DNA of 63,983 nt, the filler included, from Trichomonas gallinae (taxonomy: Eukaryota), in assembly GCA_008369845.1 (NCBI GenBank). It is 7 parts of 7 records of this genome, joined end to end, with 100 filler letters (N's around TTAATTAATTAA, not from the genome) between each part and the next. Parts side by side here need not be neighbours in the genome. Positions count along the whole stretch, not along the records: positions 51,087 to 56,106 come from MRSU01001098.1; positions 56,207 to 59,644 come from MRSU01001101.1; positions 59,745 to 63,983 come from MRSU01001116.1; 4 more parts are not named here. One strand, given 5' to 3'. Positions 51,087 to 63,983 of this stretch are shown piece by piece. Each line of letters starts with the position of its first letter. Positions within the stretch are counted from its first letter, which is position 1. The notes beneath the pieces were generated by a model, which was given only the letters and a program-made list of their open reading frames with translations, ran no database searches and was not told where the DNA came from. The position numbers were made by a program, and so were the translations under genes.

Positions 51087-54000
51087 CAATCATCATCAAT
51101 TCCTGTGACGATGAAGTCTTCGTCAAGATCTCTAATATCTGCCTCGATCTGTCGTCTGTTTCGATCCTGGATAACAAAGGTCTGACAATTGATGGCAAAA
51201 TGATCCAAGCAGATTTGTTTGTTGTCTGGTTGTTGAGAGATTTCAGGAAAATATCAGTGGAAACAGCTCTGCATGAGTCTGGGAAAGCAGTGCAGTCTAT
51301 AAAAGCTGACGCGTAATTAAAAGCAAGTTGTTCGTTTCCGTTGAAAATGTTCGAGAAGAATCTAAATGAATCCGATAATAAATCTGTGAGTGAAAGCGGA
51401 TCATCTGACATTTCCTGTACGTAATAATCAATTATCTTTAGAATGCCTGTTATCACGTTGTTGTCCAGTGGCTTCTGGAGTACATTGTAAATCTTGAGGC
51501 TGAGCGACGCGAACTTTAAGTCATTGCATCCGAAAAGCCACTTCAATGCTTCAGTGCCCCATTGTTCGATCGATTCTGGATCATCATCAACTAATTTTGA
51601 CACAAAGTTAACAACAGTCACGAGCAGATCATCATCGTGTGATGAAGAAGGTGGAAGTACATCGAATTGTTTGCACAATGCTTGCAAAAGTGGCTGAGTT
51701 TGTGGAGTTTTATAAAACAAGAATGAAAAGTTCAATAATGGAACAATATTAGAGAAAGAGCCAAACCTTCTCTCGAAAGCATTTGTGAGCAATTCAACGA
51801 CCCATAACTCGTTTTCGAAATTCAAATCTTGTGAAGTGATGTGAATGAAATAAGCGAACGAGCATCTCGAGACTAGTTTTTCGCTGATGAATGGAGCATC
51901 TTGTCTGATTAACCACAACAGCAGCCTCTTCTTGATCTGCGAGTTGTTCCACTGCATAATGAAAAGCGGAACAATATCTTCATGGTTGACATTCTCGAGT
52001 AAATCTTGCCACAATAAAAAGAAAGACGTAGAATAATCTTCGTTGATTTTTTCTGTCGCTTTCATGAGATTTTCCAAGAATTGGTAAGGTGTGTAAAACC
52101 TGAATTTTTCTGGAGAATCAACAGTACAAGTCGCTTGTTTAGGAATCAGTCTGATCTCAGGCACGAAATTCCTCAATGCGTTGATGATCTCTTTTACTGG
52201 CATATGCGAATTTTCCAATGTTAAAATCCTAAATGCTTCCGAAAAAACAACTTCAGCTGCTCCACCGAATCCATCGTAAACTGAGCTAGTAAAGGCCTCC
52301 ATGAATTCTTGTGCCCTCGGATGCTGTATTTCTTCGTACACTAAGCCAACTAGCAAAAGACAACCAATGAAGCTTGGACAAAAATCGGTGCCTGTTGTAA
52401 AAACGACAAAAAGTGAATCGAAGAACAAATCCGCGTAAGTTCTCGACATTGTTAAACAAGCGTCGCAAAAATGTGTCAAAATCAAGTCGATGTGATAGAA
52501 AAGGACTGAGATTAAAACTCTGTTGCCTGAGTATTCTATTTCTCCGAATATGTTGCAGACACTTTTGTCAAAAATATTTGGATCACTAAACATTGGACCT
52601 GCGCGCGCCAAAGTCGCCAAAGCGTTCATTGTTTTCAGCCTTAAATTCTCAAGTTCACTTGACGTTGTTTTCGCCCAATTCAGCAAGCATCTTAATATAA
52701 TTTCTCTTGCTGGTACTGACCAGTCATTTTCCAGGATATTTCGCGTAATGATTTTTGTAATTAAAACGCAATAATTTTCTGCTAAAATTGAATTATTGAT
52801 CACATTCTTTTCGAGATCATTATTCCATATGATTGTTCTCGGCGATGACGCGTTCATTTTAACTAAAGCGCTGTGCATAGCTGTTAAAAGATTAAGTGAT
52901 GAGTTTCTAATTGTGTTTATTAGATTTTCATCACAATGAGGAGATTCCAAAAGATTTAAAAATGCGCAAGAAGCATCAGTTATCTGCTCTTGAGTGCACT
53001 GAGAAAGAATTTCAGCAATATCGCCCGCAAATGAAATATGGATGTGTTTAATGACTGAAAAAGCCAGTTTGTCGCTCGATGAGTTTCTGTTATTGATTAA
53101 TTTCGAAATTAAATTTAATGTTGAGGCTCCTGGGACAATTGTTGCTTGGCGCGCTTCATATAATGAGATTTTGTATGATTGTTGGCATTTCAAGTATGTA
53201 TCTTGATTAATTCTCGATGCAAAGTATAAAATATACAAAGATATGAAATTAGAGTCTTTTTTCTCGTTTTCTTCAGCTAGATATGGGTAAATATTGTCAG
53301 CAAAGCGCTGTAATAGTGGTGTGTAGTTAGCTGCTAGAATTATTTCAACAAATTCCGTGATATATAATAACCATAAGTCAAAATAGCGAGAAGCCATGAC
53401 CCACTGGAATAATATTTCATCATTACGAATGGAGTTTCCAAATAAGCTTGTTTTGACTAGCTTTTCCATTTGAGTTACATTTTGATGAATATAAAAACTT
53501 ATTCCTTTGTGATCCAAAAGATCATCAAGGCGATCTAATATTGTCATTGATATGATTCTTGTGCTCGGTTGGTTCGAAACGAAACCAATAAAAGCATAAA
53601 ATTCGATATCGTGTAACAAATCAGCTGAAAACGATTTTGTGCTTGAGGAAACAATTAAACTGAACAATTTGAGAGCTATGAACAATGTTTCTTGTGTCAA
53701 AGTCTTGTTTATTTCTTTAATTATTGCTTCAGCGAATTGTACTTGTAATTCTGGTTTATTTGCGATATATTTGGCAACATTGAATGCAGCAAGGTTTGTT
53801 TGGAGCTTCGATGAATTGCAACATTCAATAATTCTTGAAAATACTCCATTTTCTAAATAATCGCCGTTATCAAGGATATATGGCAAGCTTCTTAGCAGTT
53901 GGACCTCGAGGCTGTAGAATTCGTTCTCTTTACACATTTCAAACAGAATTTTGGAGATTTTAAAATTGCAAATTTGATTTTGATCGAAAAACATGGCGAC

Positions 54001-55428
54001 TTTGTTGTCATACTGGTCTATTTTGCGCCAGTAGACTTCAAGGAACTTCCATGCGATGGATTTTTTATCATTTTGAGCAAGAATATTTAAATTTTGACAA
54101 ACTTTACCGCGAACTAAAGCGTTTAATGCGTCAATGTCGTCTTTTTCAATCTTAGAAACAGCATATTTCCTGAAATTGTCTGCATTAAAGAGTTCTATCG
54201 TTGATAATAAAACAACAATTCTATAATCAGTGATAGGAAGAATTAGAAAGCTCGGCAGCATTTCATGCAAGAAGTATATGAAATTTATTGATGCTAAATG
54301 AACTAAAACGTTTCTAAATAAAGATGGACAAATTGAAAAGTTCGCTTTTTTGAAATACACGTTCATAAACACAGAAGGCATCTCCTTAGCACTCGAACCT
54401 GTTGTTCCAATAAACGAAAGATCGTCTTCTGTTGTTAAGCTATTATATCCACCCATAACTCGACGCCAAAACAGTTTAAGGTCGCGTTCTGTCTTTTTAT
54501 CATCACCAGCATGCACATAAACTCTCTTTTGATAAAATCTGTTGGCTTCATTTTCTTTATTTGGTAAATGTTGGAATAAAGTAACAATTAGCTCGAAAGC
54601 ACCATCTTTTGTGTTCGCTTCATCCTTCTCTGACCACGCAATATCGAATATTTTCTGCAAAGCATCATATGAGAAGTTCACAGAAGTGATTAAAGTTGAA
54701 ACATCCGAAAAAATCGAATTTGTAAGCTTTCTTAGCTTCTGTAGTATTTTTAAAGCTATGACTATTTCATCCAAGAACTGACAACTCAGTGATTTGCATG
54801 AATCTAAGCGAATTTTCGATATCAATGAAAATAAAAGTTCGTCGTTTACGGAATCAACATAAGCCATGAATGGTGCTGATGATTCTTGGAAGCTTTTTAT
54901 GCTCGTAATTGCTAAAATGTTTGACCATACGTTAATAATATGTTTATGGATTTCCATTGTTACTGATGGATCGCAAATCTTGTAGGCGCATTTCGAAATC
55001 GCTAATCCTTGATCTACTGTGCCGTATTTTGTTACAATCGCTTCTATTATGTCGGTCGTTATATATAAAGCTAAATAGTTACAAATATCGTGTGCCGATG
55101 AAGAAGAATGATATACTGCTGCTGTATGGGTTAAGAGGATAGAGAAAATACCAGGATCTTGTAATATTAAAGTATTTGCGTAAATTTCAATCAAAGTTTT
55201 CAAGTATTTCGATACATTATTTTTAGCGAGTGAGCATACTGAGTTGATTGTGTCGCTGTACAGTGGAGTATTTTTGCAAAAATCCGCAAATATATCCGAT
55301 AATGATATCTTGTTATTCTTATTTTGCAACGATTTATCATATTGTGCAGATAATACGTGAAAATGTGGCGTAAAAGACTCAATGAGTCGTGTAAATACTG
55401 AAAAAAATAACTCTGATGATGATTCCAT
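51087..55428 (-). CDS. Large alpha-solenoid protein, possibly Furry/MOR2-PAG1-like (3' truncated by gap)
   Basis: More than 1440 aa of uninterrupted helical ORF running into the linker. Family assignment tentative. Confidence 0.6.
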
Positions 55429-55916
55429 AAAAAAATACAAAAAATCCCGATAAGGTTAATTTTTACATTTTACATTTTTTTTTTTTTTTTTTTTTTTTTT
55501 TGGCGTTGGTTATATATGAAAAAGCAATTTAAAATTCAAAATTTTATTTCAACATTGAATAATTTATTTTTGCTATAATAAATATTGAATAAAACATAAA
55601 ATAAAAACTTAATTTTTGAAAAGTTCACGAAATAAAGTATTCAAAATTTATTTTTTGAGAATCACACAAAAATATATATTTAACATTATGGTTTTTAGTC
55701 ACATTTTCTATAGAAAAATTTCAGTTATCACAAAAGTGCCGATGACCATTTAAAAGAAAACAATATCATTTTTAAAATATATATACTACTCTGACAATAA
55801 TTCATTTTTCTTTAATAAAAATCAAATTATTCAGATCATCATTTTTTCAAAAAGTTAATCTCAGTTTCTAAAGCTATGGTAATTGAAATTTTCACTTTTA
55901 TGATCTAAACATTAAT

Positions 55917-56106
55917 TGGACTTTAGTCCTATTGTCTCCGGTAGCCGGCTAATTTCCTCGAAATTCGGCAATCAGCCAAAATGGCTAATCCCCATAAAGC
56001 GAATAACGATACCTGTCCATTATTCATATTTCAATTAAGGAAATGGCTTAGGTCAGTATTCCAAATGCCGAGACAATTCTGAACACGGGGCGGTTAGCGG
56101 GTTTGA
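55917..56106. repeat. GC-richer structured segment at contig end (possible repeat/transposon terminus or ncRNA)
   Basis: Local palindromes GGACTTTAGTCC, AGCCGGCT, AGCCAAAATGGCT and long-range ATTGTCTC/GAGACAAT. Abuts gap. Confidence 0.35.
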
Positions 56107-56206
56107 NNNNNNNNNNNNNNNNNNNNNNNNNNNNNNNNNNNNNNNNNNNNTTAATTAATTAANNNNNNNNNNNNNNNNNNNNNNNNNNNNNNNNNNNNNN
56201 NNNNNN
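56107..56206. other. Artificial contig linker
   Basis: N44-TTAATTAATTAA-N44. Confidence 0.98.
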
Positions 56207-56207
56207 T

Positions 56208-56279
56208 GGGGGTGTGGCTCAGTGGTAGAGTGCGTCTTTAGCATAGATGAGGCCGGGGGTTCGATTCCCCTCACCTCCA
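56208..56279 (+). tRNA. tRNA-Ala, anticodon AGC
   Basis: Acceptor GGGGGTG/CACCTCC-A with G3:U70, anticodon stem CGTCT/AGATG with loop TTAGCAT, T arm GGGGG-TTCGATT-CCCCT, T-run terminator. Confidence 0.95.
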
Positions 56280-57339
56280 TTTTTTCCTTTTTTAGCATTT
56301 TTCATTTGATCAGAGTAAAACTCGGTGTAATAGTTATTTCCTTTTCATTTATATTTTAGCATTAGCCTTGTTAAGTCCTAATTAATTGAATTCTCAATAT
56401 TAAACTGAATTTAAATCTATAAAATACGTTCTCCAAAATGATCCACTCCTTAATCGATAAAATAAGATCAACAGCTACAGGGAATTCTTATTAGCACATA
56501 AAATGGTAAACTGATATTCAATCGATTCATATTTTTTACGTTTAACTTCCAAAATTGAAAATAATTTGGAGCTGACCGTTCTATTTTCGTGACTTTTATA
56601 ATGTTCATCTGCCTCGTTCCATTAAAACGCAGTTATCGATAGAACTGTGGGCCTATTGCCCAAAAGCATCAGTTTTTTTACTGATAAAAATATATTTATC
56701 GAAAACATATGAGCAGATTCGAATAATAACTAAAATGTTGCTACTCTAAAAAAAGGTTTATCAGTTTTCAGTCAGAAAAAAATGCTACATACGATCATTT
56801 TCTATTCAATTGGAATTGATTTTATGCACCTATTACAATAAACGAGATTTACTATGCTGACATACCCGTAATTTATTATTTATTTCCGTTTGAAAACTAT
56901 ATTTTTTATTTAAAGCTGAGGATAATTTCCCCAAGCTGTTATTTAAAAAACTATGCAATATTATAATGTTTGCGAAATAAATTAAATAATGGATGTTTTT
57001 CATTTGAATTATTTGTGATGTTTAGAAAAAATTGAGAATCAGTTTGCACAGTTATGAAAATTCATTTTAAACAGATAGAAATTCTTTGAATCATGCAATG
57101 AGACGATTGTTTATCTGCAAAAATCGGAGATAACTATTTTGGCTTACAGGATGGAAAATCGAGAACTATATAATATGATTAATAATTATTTCGCGAAATT
57201 ACTAAAAATACACAAGTTTTTCAAATTAAATAGATTCAATTTTACGACGAAGTAGGTTTGATAGCTAAAAAACTAAACTATATACGATAATACTACATGA
57301 AATAGGTTTAATATAACATAAGAGCGAGTAAATAGGAAA

Positions 57340-57960
57340 TCAATTCAATAATAACTCGATTGGATTGAGTTCTGGCTGATAGATCATTCGTGGAGCTGAA
57401 ACAAATGCTGGTACAACTGGACTTGGTGCACTAAGCATCATAATCGGTGGCAAGTGTGGTAATTCAATCTTCCTTTTAATTTCTACTGGTGGTGGAAGAT
57501 GATATTGTGGTAAGAAATACATATTAGGGATGGATTCGATGATTTCATCACTGTAATAACCTGATTCTTCTTTAGATGGAGAATAAGGCTTTTCATCGAC
57601 GTAGGCTTCTTCATCGTACTTACGGTTCTTGGACCTTAAGACCTCATTTGTTGGAATCCACATATCTGTAGGGTATTTGCGTCCATAGAGGCCATAGAAG
57701 GTTGCTCTTTTATCAATCCCAGAAATTGGCTTTAAAGCGCGGTACTTCATGATTGTTTTACCTCTTGTCTGGCTAAGGATTACTCTCACATAGTCCTTGC
57801 ACTTGGCTGAAACCTTGCACCATAGGTCATAATCATGATTTCTTATCCATTTCTCAATCTCGCTGGATGCCATAGGACGGTCAGACTGTCTGATAATGTT
57901 GTATGCTTTCTGCCTGAGCTGTGTGCTGCTGAGAGATGGGTCACCAAAGAGTGAATCCAT
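57340..57960 (-). CDS. Hypothetical protein with putative N-terminal winged-helix (HARE-HTH-like) domain and Pro-rich tail
   Basis: LRQKAYNIIRQSDRPMASSEIEKWI pattern, Pro-rich C-terminus. Domain call is inference. Confidence 0.55.
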   Translation of the reverse strand: MDSLFGDPSLSSTQLRQKAYNIIRQSDRPMASSEIEKWIRNHDYDLWCKVSAKCKDYVRVILSQTRGKTIMKYRALKPISGIDKRATFYGLYGRKYPTDMWIPTNEVLRSKNRKYDEEAYVDEKPYSPSKEESGYYSDEIIESIPNMYFLPQYHLPPPVEIKRKIELPHLPPIMMLSAPSPVVPAFVSAPRMIYQPELNPIELLLN

Positions 57961-59644
57961 AATTGTGAATAATATCTGTCAATTTTAAAATTTATATATG
58001 AAAAAAATAACATCGTTAGTCATGACAAAGTGATTTTTCTCATGCACTAATTAATGCGCATATCGAGGATTTGCTATTTTTGCCGAAGGGTCTCAATATA
58101 TAAAGAATTATAACGGGCAAAATTGTTTTTCGTTGAAAATCTATTTAGAATCACGAATGAAGCATTTCGCTGATTTATTTATTTGATTCAAAATTTTGAT
58201 GTTTTGTGAACCATTCAAAGTAGATTTTATTTTGCATGAGGCATCGATATATGTCTGGAACATGAATTTCGCTGTTTGGCCAGTTAACTATACGTTGGAT
58301 ATTTCAATGCATGAATAAATTAAAAAATTTGCAAGCATTACGGGCGTAAAATATTGCATCTAATTGTCGAAAAACCTGTTGTATTGGCTTTTTAAAGACA
58401 ATTTATTATTGTTTTATGTTTTACTTTCGTAAAATTATAGTTCATTCAATTCATAAACAACATTGATAATGACAGTAATTTCATCAGTGCAGGCATGAAA
58501 TGAAATCAGATTCGAAAATAAAAAAATCTAGAAAATTCGCCTTTTAAATTTTAATCACTTTTCAATTACTCACAAATTGTCACCTTTTTGGCTAGGATAC
58601 TTCCTTTGATTTCACTTTGGATATAGCAGTTTCTCCTAATTTTGAGACTGTTTCCACGATTTCGGAATATTTTCTAAGACATGTAAAATGATCAATCATT
58701 CTATGGGTCTAAAAAAGTTAATTTATTCATAGGAAGGATATTGATCTTTGTGTGACTATTAATAGGTATCTCGTTTTACAGATCTTGCTTTCGAATTCGC
58801 TTGCCCATCAAATAATTTTAAAAATTCAGTTTGATCAAATTTTCGTATCGAAATAAATTCATATACTTTATAACTATCTATGGTTATTCATAAATGGTTT
58901 AATTGCCATTCAAAAAAATCAAACACAATTTTTTTCACATAAGAAATCAAGTTTTGGCTTGACATATGCATTGCCAGATGTCAATGAGCCAAATTCCAGC
59001 CATATTCGTAATTTTCTCACACCAGTTAGAAAAATCAAACACAATTTTTTTGAAGTTATACAACGATATGCGATCTCGGCTAATATGAGCTTGGAATATA
59101 TAATATTAACTCCAATTGGGCATGATGACAACTTCCTTTCATGAAATATACTCACTTTCAAAGATCAAATTTTTGCGATCAATAAATTCTTCATGTTTTT
59201 TCATATGTAATAATATATACTCTATATAGTAAATCTATCGATTATCCCAATATTTGGCTTCCTAGATGAGAATTAATCGGTTTTCTGTTTCGAAATTGTG
59301 TTACGCCGATTTGATTGGTTTTGCTCGCTAACCTATTATCTTTCTGAGTTAATATCAGAAAAATTATCATCTTATCATCGATATCTCTGAAAAGTAATTT
59401 CAATTCTTTCCAAATTGATTTCCTCACGCTTCTTTATTAATACACATCAGAAGAGTACCACTATCAAGTTATCAGTAGTGTTTCCACACACTGTGTTACA
59501 AAAAATTTTAGATCATTGATTTGGTTGTATATATACAACTAACATATGCTATAAATCAATACCAGTAAGGATGTCGTTTTGGAAGATAATTATGACTTTG
59601 GAAGAAAAAAATGACGAAGTAAGAAGATTTTTTGGAAAATAAAA

Positions 59645-59744
59645 NNNNNNNNNNNNNNNNNNNNNNNNNNNNNNNNNNNNNNNNNNNNTTAATTAATTAA
59701 NNNNNNNNNNNNNNNNNNNNNNNNNNNNNNNNNNNNNNNNNNNN
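59645..59744. other. Artificial contig linker
   Basis: N44-TTAATTAATTAA-N44. Confidence 0.98.
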
Positions 59745-60972
59745 GGTAAATTGTAGCGAACTTTGCGTATAAGACCCAAATATTAACATTATCTTGCCAA
59801 GCATTTGTGGCGTATGTAAAGATGGTCCATGTGATACATACTGGATGAGCGTTTGCAAAACCTTGGACGCAGACTTCTGAGAAGTACCTTGGAGAAGAAA
59901 CTTTTGAAAATGAGTCTGGTGTTTCTTCAATCTCGTCGAGAAGGAATAAAATCTTACGCCTTCTTGAATTCATTATGAGAATTGAGCAGAAATACATCAA
60001 CCCCCAAATAGCAACAATGATTATAATTACAACTTCTGTTCCTTTCACTTTTAGAACCTCGAGAACTATGCAGCCTATACAAAGCAGTGGTCCTGAAATG
60101 GAAGTACCAAGAATTACGCTTGAATGGAAAAACGAAATGAAGCCGCCGTCAATAAACGGGATAGAAATGCCAATAAAGTAGCATATTGCCGCACAGATGA
60201 GCAAAACAAGCCTCGGAATCATCGGTAATGCAGTTCCAGCTGATATTAATAAAGTATTTACATTTGTAAGTATGAAGAACATTAGTTGCGGCCTGCCTAA
60301 TACCGACAAAATCGATGTAGGATTGAATAGAATCGAAGTTGATGTAATTGTCGCGATCAACCAAGTATAAATGCAATAGAACAGTAGAGTCAAGCAAAGC
60401 AATGCAATGCTTGCTGCATGTGATAGTGAAGATCTGCCCATAATCAGCAAGCTCAGCTCTTCACCACCGAGCTGAAATGCGATTGGATGTAAGAGATATC
60501 CAAATGTATTTAAGAAAATGTAGATGAAAACAGGAACCCAGTCTGGTAATTTAGCATTTTGTTTGTAATAAAATGCGCAATAAAGCGTAAATATGAAGAA
60601 TGCAGCAAGTAATCCGACATATACACCTAAAAATGGAATTGTGCATTTTTCTCTGATCGCTGGTGGGAAAATGTGAAAGAAGACACTGAAAAGTTGAACG
60701 ATTGTTGATGCCATTGAATTTTCTGACCATAATGAAGTGTAAGATACGAAAAAAAGAGGTCCAGCGTACTGTAGGAGTCTAAAAATAGACACTACGCTGT
60801 GCATAATGAACATACTCGGGCACTGTATGTATACATAAGAAATTAATTGGAAAAGGGAGTTTCTTGTCTTCTTGTATACGGACTGTTCGATCATGCCCGC
60901 CCATCTATTGGTGACACTCATGCTAAGGTTTGAAGAAAAACTTGTCGACGCACGTGAATTGTTTCCATCCAT
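59745..60972 (-). CDS. N-terminal part of trichomonad transmembrane adenylyl/guanylyl cyclase family protein (3' truncated by gap)
   Basis: Ser-rich start, about 9 TM helices, GFANAHPVCITW...W.LYAKF motif typical of the family N-terminus. Catalytic domain not in window. Confidence 0.65.
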
Positions 60973-61654
60973 GTTTTTTCATGAAAACCGTGTAATAATT
61001 AGCCAGTATAGCCTACGGTGGTAGCATATTTCTCAGAGAAATTTTCAATTACATTTGTTTACAAGAAATAAAAGCTCGAAATAATTGAGAACTTTATCTT
61101 TTGAATATGTTTACATAATCATCGTAAATATCATTTGTTTGCAAGATTTTTTTAAGAGAAAATTCGATGGTCTGAAAAGTTCTTTAATTTGAGAGATCAA
61201 TAACTCACGTGAAACGTTTAGTTTACTGCAGAAATAGAATTGTGAAAACGAATTTTTCTGAAGAGTTCTCAAAAATGGGAAAAAAATAAATAAAAAGATC
61301 TACATTATAATATCAAAAAGATTGTTGTTTTTTACAAATTTAACAGCTCTCAAATTAAGAACTTTTACATGACAGGCGAAAGGATTAAAGTATATAGGAT
61401 TATATAAACAATAGACCCGAATATTTGATTCTTGCTTGATGATTTGTGATGTGGTCTTAATTTTAATGAATCGCTTATGACAAAGAGTAAGGATAAACAG
61501 ATTATATGCAACTTGTTGACAGTACTCTAACAATCCATGCGTATAACTTGGTTTTATAATAAATTAATCTCGAGTATTTCAATATAAAAGGGTTAAAGTG
61601 TGATCGAACATGCTTTAATTCAGTATTTGTGTTCTTTATGCGTTGATAAACAAC

Positions 61655-61880
61655 CTAAAGAAGCAAATTCTTAATTTCTTCATCCATTGTGAAAAATATC
61701 GGAGTATTTCTTTATATATTGACAATGCTCTTATTGACACCTGTTTGGACATATATTACAACGACAGATAGGTAGTTTTCTTCGCAAGCAACATGCATAT
61801 GAAATTTCAAGATTATTTTTCGCGTTGACATCGCTGTTAGACGGCATTAAATTCACTGCTTTCCGTATATTGGCGGAAAA
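61655..61880 (-). pseudogene. Decayed ankyrin-repeat gene fragment
   Basis: Minus strand reads SDVNAKNNLEIS/[frameshift]MHVACEENYLSVVVIYVQTGVNKSIVNI*RNTPIFFTMDEEIKNLLL*. Confidence 0.65.
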
Positions 61881-61956
61881 ATTCGCCATGGCACAAGCCT
61901 AAGGTAAAAATTAATAATATTATTATATTTACAACATAAACAAGAAATAATTAATC

Positions 61957-63288
61957 TTACTTTTGAGATTTTCGATTCTTCTTTCTACGAATGAAGAAAA
62001 CGGCAACGAGAGCAATAATAATTAAGTAGATAACCACAAGAGTTATGACTAAATTAAAATTAATTTTCGACTTTTCTATTTCTGAGTCTTTTGGAGTCTG
62101 TGCGTTCAATAAATGTGTCAATACCTGGTTGTTCTTTCTTGGTGCAAAGTCTTGGCCATTCCATCTAATTATTTCATTTTCATCAAAAGCAATCAAGATA
62201 TTAGTGAATGCCAGCTCTTTGTTGGTGCACCATAGCTCAAATCCAAGGCCGCTGATTGATGGCAGCTGTGACGGACTTGGAACTTTGTAATAATCTGGAT
62301 TTGGAATTTTCCTTGGTTTCCATGGGCCTGTGTAGTTTGGATTTAGCTTATATGGTTTCTTTGGCTCATAATTTGGATTTGGTATTAAAGGCAATGAAAA
62401 TCTTCCACATCCAATTTTGCATTTTGGATTTTTAACGAGAGGAGGCTTCCATTCTCCAAATAGTCTCTTGTTCCAGTTTTTTGGTTCTACTGCATCTGGA
62501 TCGGGTATCAATTCTGGTTCATTTTGTTTCCATCCTAAAGGTTGTTCTATAAATTCAGGAATCATTGGATCTACTGTGCTAGGTGTATAATCATAGTCGA
62601 AAATAAACTTGTTGTCAACCCAATCAGCCGGTTTCCTATCATTAGGATCGTAAACAAATTCTTGTGGCGCGATTGGGGGATTAAAATCGTTCAACAAGCT
62701 GCCTTCTTTGACTACTGTATTGTCTATAAGTATTGAGTAAGTGTTTGTAGGCCTTATTATCAATGTGTAGATGTGATTGAAATAATCAATTGGGAATCTC
62801 GGGGGATCTACAAGAACTCTTTCCTGCATTTTCTGTAATTTTGGGTTGTACAAGTTAAATATAAGTTGAATGATCTGTTTGGATGAACATCTGTCGGGGC
62901 CAAATAAGATAACCCAAGGGGTTTGATCATTCATCTTCAAAGGGTCGAAATTCGATCCGGTAAAGAGTTTCATATATGCTCCACTACATGTAAATGAGTG
63001 TTGAGCTCGAAATTCATATTGAATTATTAATGATCGATTTTTTGATACTAATGGCTTTTTAAACTTAGTAGAGATTGCTAAATGAGTGTTTCTAGTCTTC
63101 TGTATAAGTGCTTTTTCATGCTCTCTCGCTTGTGGAGGATATGTATCTCCTATTCCCCAGTCACCATCGTATTTTTTATCTTCTGATTGGATCCATCTAC
63201 TCGTTACATCCGGATTATCGAATGTCTCATAGTAAAATACTTTACCATAAGGTATTTCTCGTTTCAGAAAAAAGAAGAGAAGAATCAT
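61957..63288 (-). CDS. CANX: Calnexin-like ER lectin chaperone (calreticulin family with TM anchor)
   Basis: YYETFD, LIIQYE, CSGAYMKL, LFGPDRC, HIYTLII, P-domain repeats (DPNDRKPADW, GEWKPPLVKNP, GPWKPRKIPNPDY), GFELW, TM plus basic tail. Confidence 0.88.
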   Translation of the reverse strand: MILLFFFLKREIPYGKVFYYETFDNPDVTSRWIQSEDKKYDGDWGIGDTYPPQAREHEKALIQKTRNTHLAISTKFKKPLVSKNRSLIIQYEFRAQHSFTCSGAYMKLFTGSNFDPLKMNDQTPWVILFGPDRCSSKQIIQLIFNLYNPKLQKMQERVLVDPPRFPIDYFNHIYTLIIRPTNTYSILIDNTVVKEGSLLNDFNPPIAPQEFVYDPNDRKPADWVDNKFIFDYDYTPSTVDPMIPEFIEQPLGWKQNEPELIPDPDAVEPKNWNKRLFGEWKPPLVKNPKCKIGCGRFSLPLIPNPNYEPKKPYKLNPNYTGPWKPRKIPNPDYYKVPSPSQLPSISGLGFELWCTNKELAFTNILIAFDENEIIRWNGQDFAPRKNNQVLTHLLNAQTPKDSEIEKSKINFNLVITLVVIYLIIIALVAVFFIRRKKNRKSQK

Positions 63289-63983
63289 AAAAGTGTCAAA
63301 AGAAAAGTGATCGATTTTAGGAAAAGTGTCAATTATAAAAGTGACGACAATAAGAAAAATCATGCCATGTAAATGACAAATTGTATTTTACATGTCAAAA
63401 TCGACTCAAATCTGAAATCGAAAACTTTGTCGATTATAAAGCTATATATATGCTAGTTAACCTAAGTAATGTGCAAGGAACATCATATTAAAGAATCAAC
63501 ATCAGTTCTAAAAAACATCAAAAATATTTTTCAGATATATTAGCAATTTACTATGCATTTGCAAGAATTAACGGAATATAAAGCATTAATGATAATATTA
63601 TACTTGTTTTTGTAATATAATACTACGATTTGAGAAGTTGAAAAATAAATGAAGAATGATTAATAGCTATACATTATTTGTGTATATAACTAGATTTGGT
63701 TAGATGATACTGAGATTAATATAGATGTAAAAGTGAAATATATAGAATAATTAATGAAAATTATAAAATTATTATTCCATTCTAAAGTAATTGTATATGG
63801 GTATTAATGGAATGAGATATTATTTGTATATTATTTACATAATGTATAAACAATTATGTAAATAAACAAATGTTTTATTTGATCATAAAATAAAATGAGT
63901 AAATTGTATACTTAGATGTGTTTTGTATGTTTATTAAGATGCAGTGTGAAAATAGATATGTTTCAGGCTGTCTTTGCCTTGGA

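Noticed and set aside
35625..56279. tRNA genes positioned at contig termini, suggesting integration sites
   Set aside because: Most simply explained by short-read assembly breaking at identical multicopy tRNA genes. No integrase or att duplication seen

Overview
AT-rich, gene-dense, apparently intronless eukaryotic DNA from a trichomonad (Parabasalia, most likely Trichomonas). This assignment rests on the IBD/IBP39-type transcription factors, transmembrane adenylyl cyclase family genes, TCAYT initiators and AAAGTGAC upstream motifs. The window is seven contigs joined by six artificial 100-nt linkers (N44-TTAATTAATTAA-N44), so adjacency across linkers is unproven. It holds three tRNA genes (Val-GAC, His-GTG, Ala-AGC), about 26 protein genes and decayed ankyrin pseudogene remnants. 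The protein genes include RFC1, a Rab, a RasGEF, delta-COP, a class I HDAC, a CK1, Cdc25, a calnexin-like protein, Myb and IBD factors, HEAT proteins, an Sfi1-like centrin binder, a bacterial-type beta-lactamase/S12 hydrolase and a probable pseudo-cyclase. The most striking unexplained structure is a dispersed ~220-240 bp element present twice (23587-23802, 34627-34865). Its leader is in the same orientation in both copies, but its ~72-bp imperfect hairpin is in opposite flip/flop orientations. Also notable are a 123-124 bp tandem array with interleaved inverted repeats, an 80-bp inverted repeat flanking a gap, a recurrent TTTACAnnnCAAAA upstream motif and a G34 tRNA-Val.
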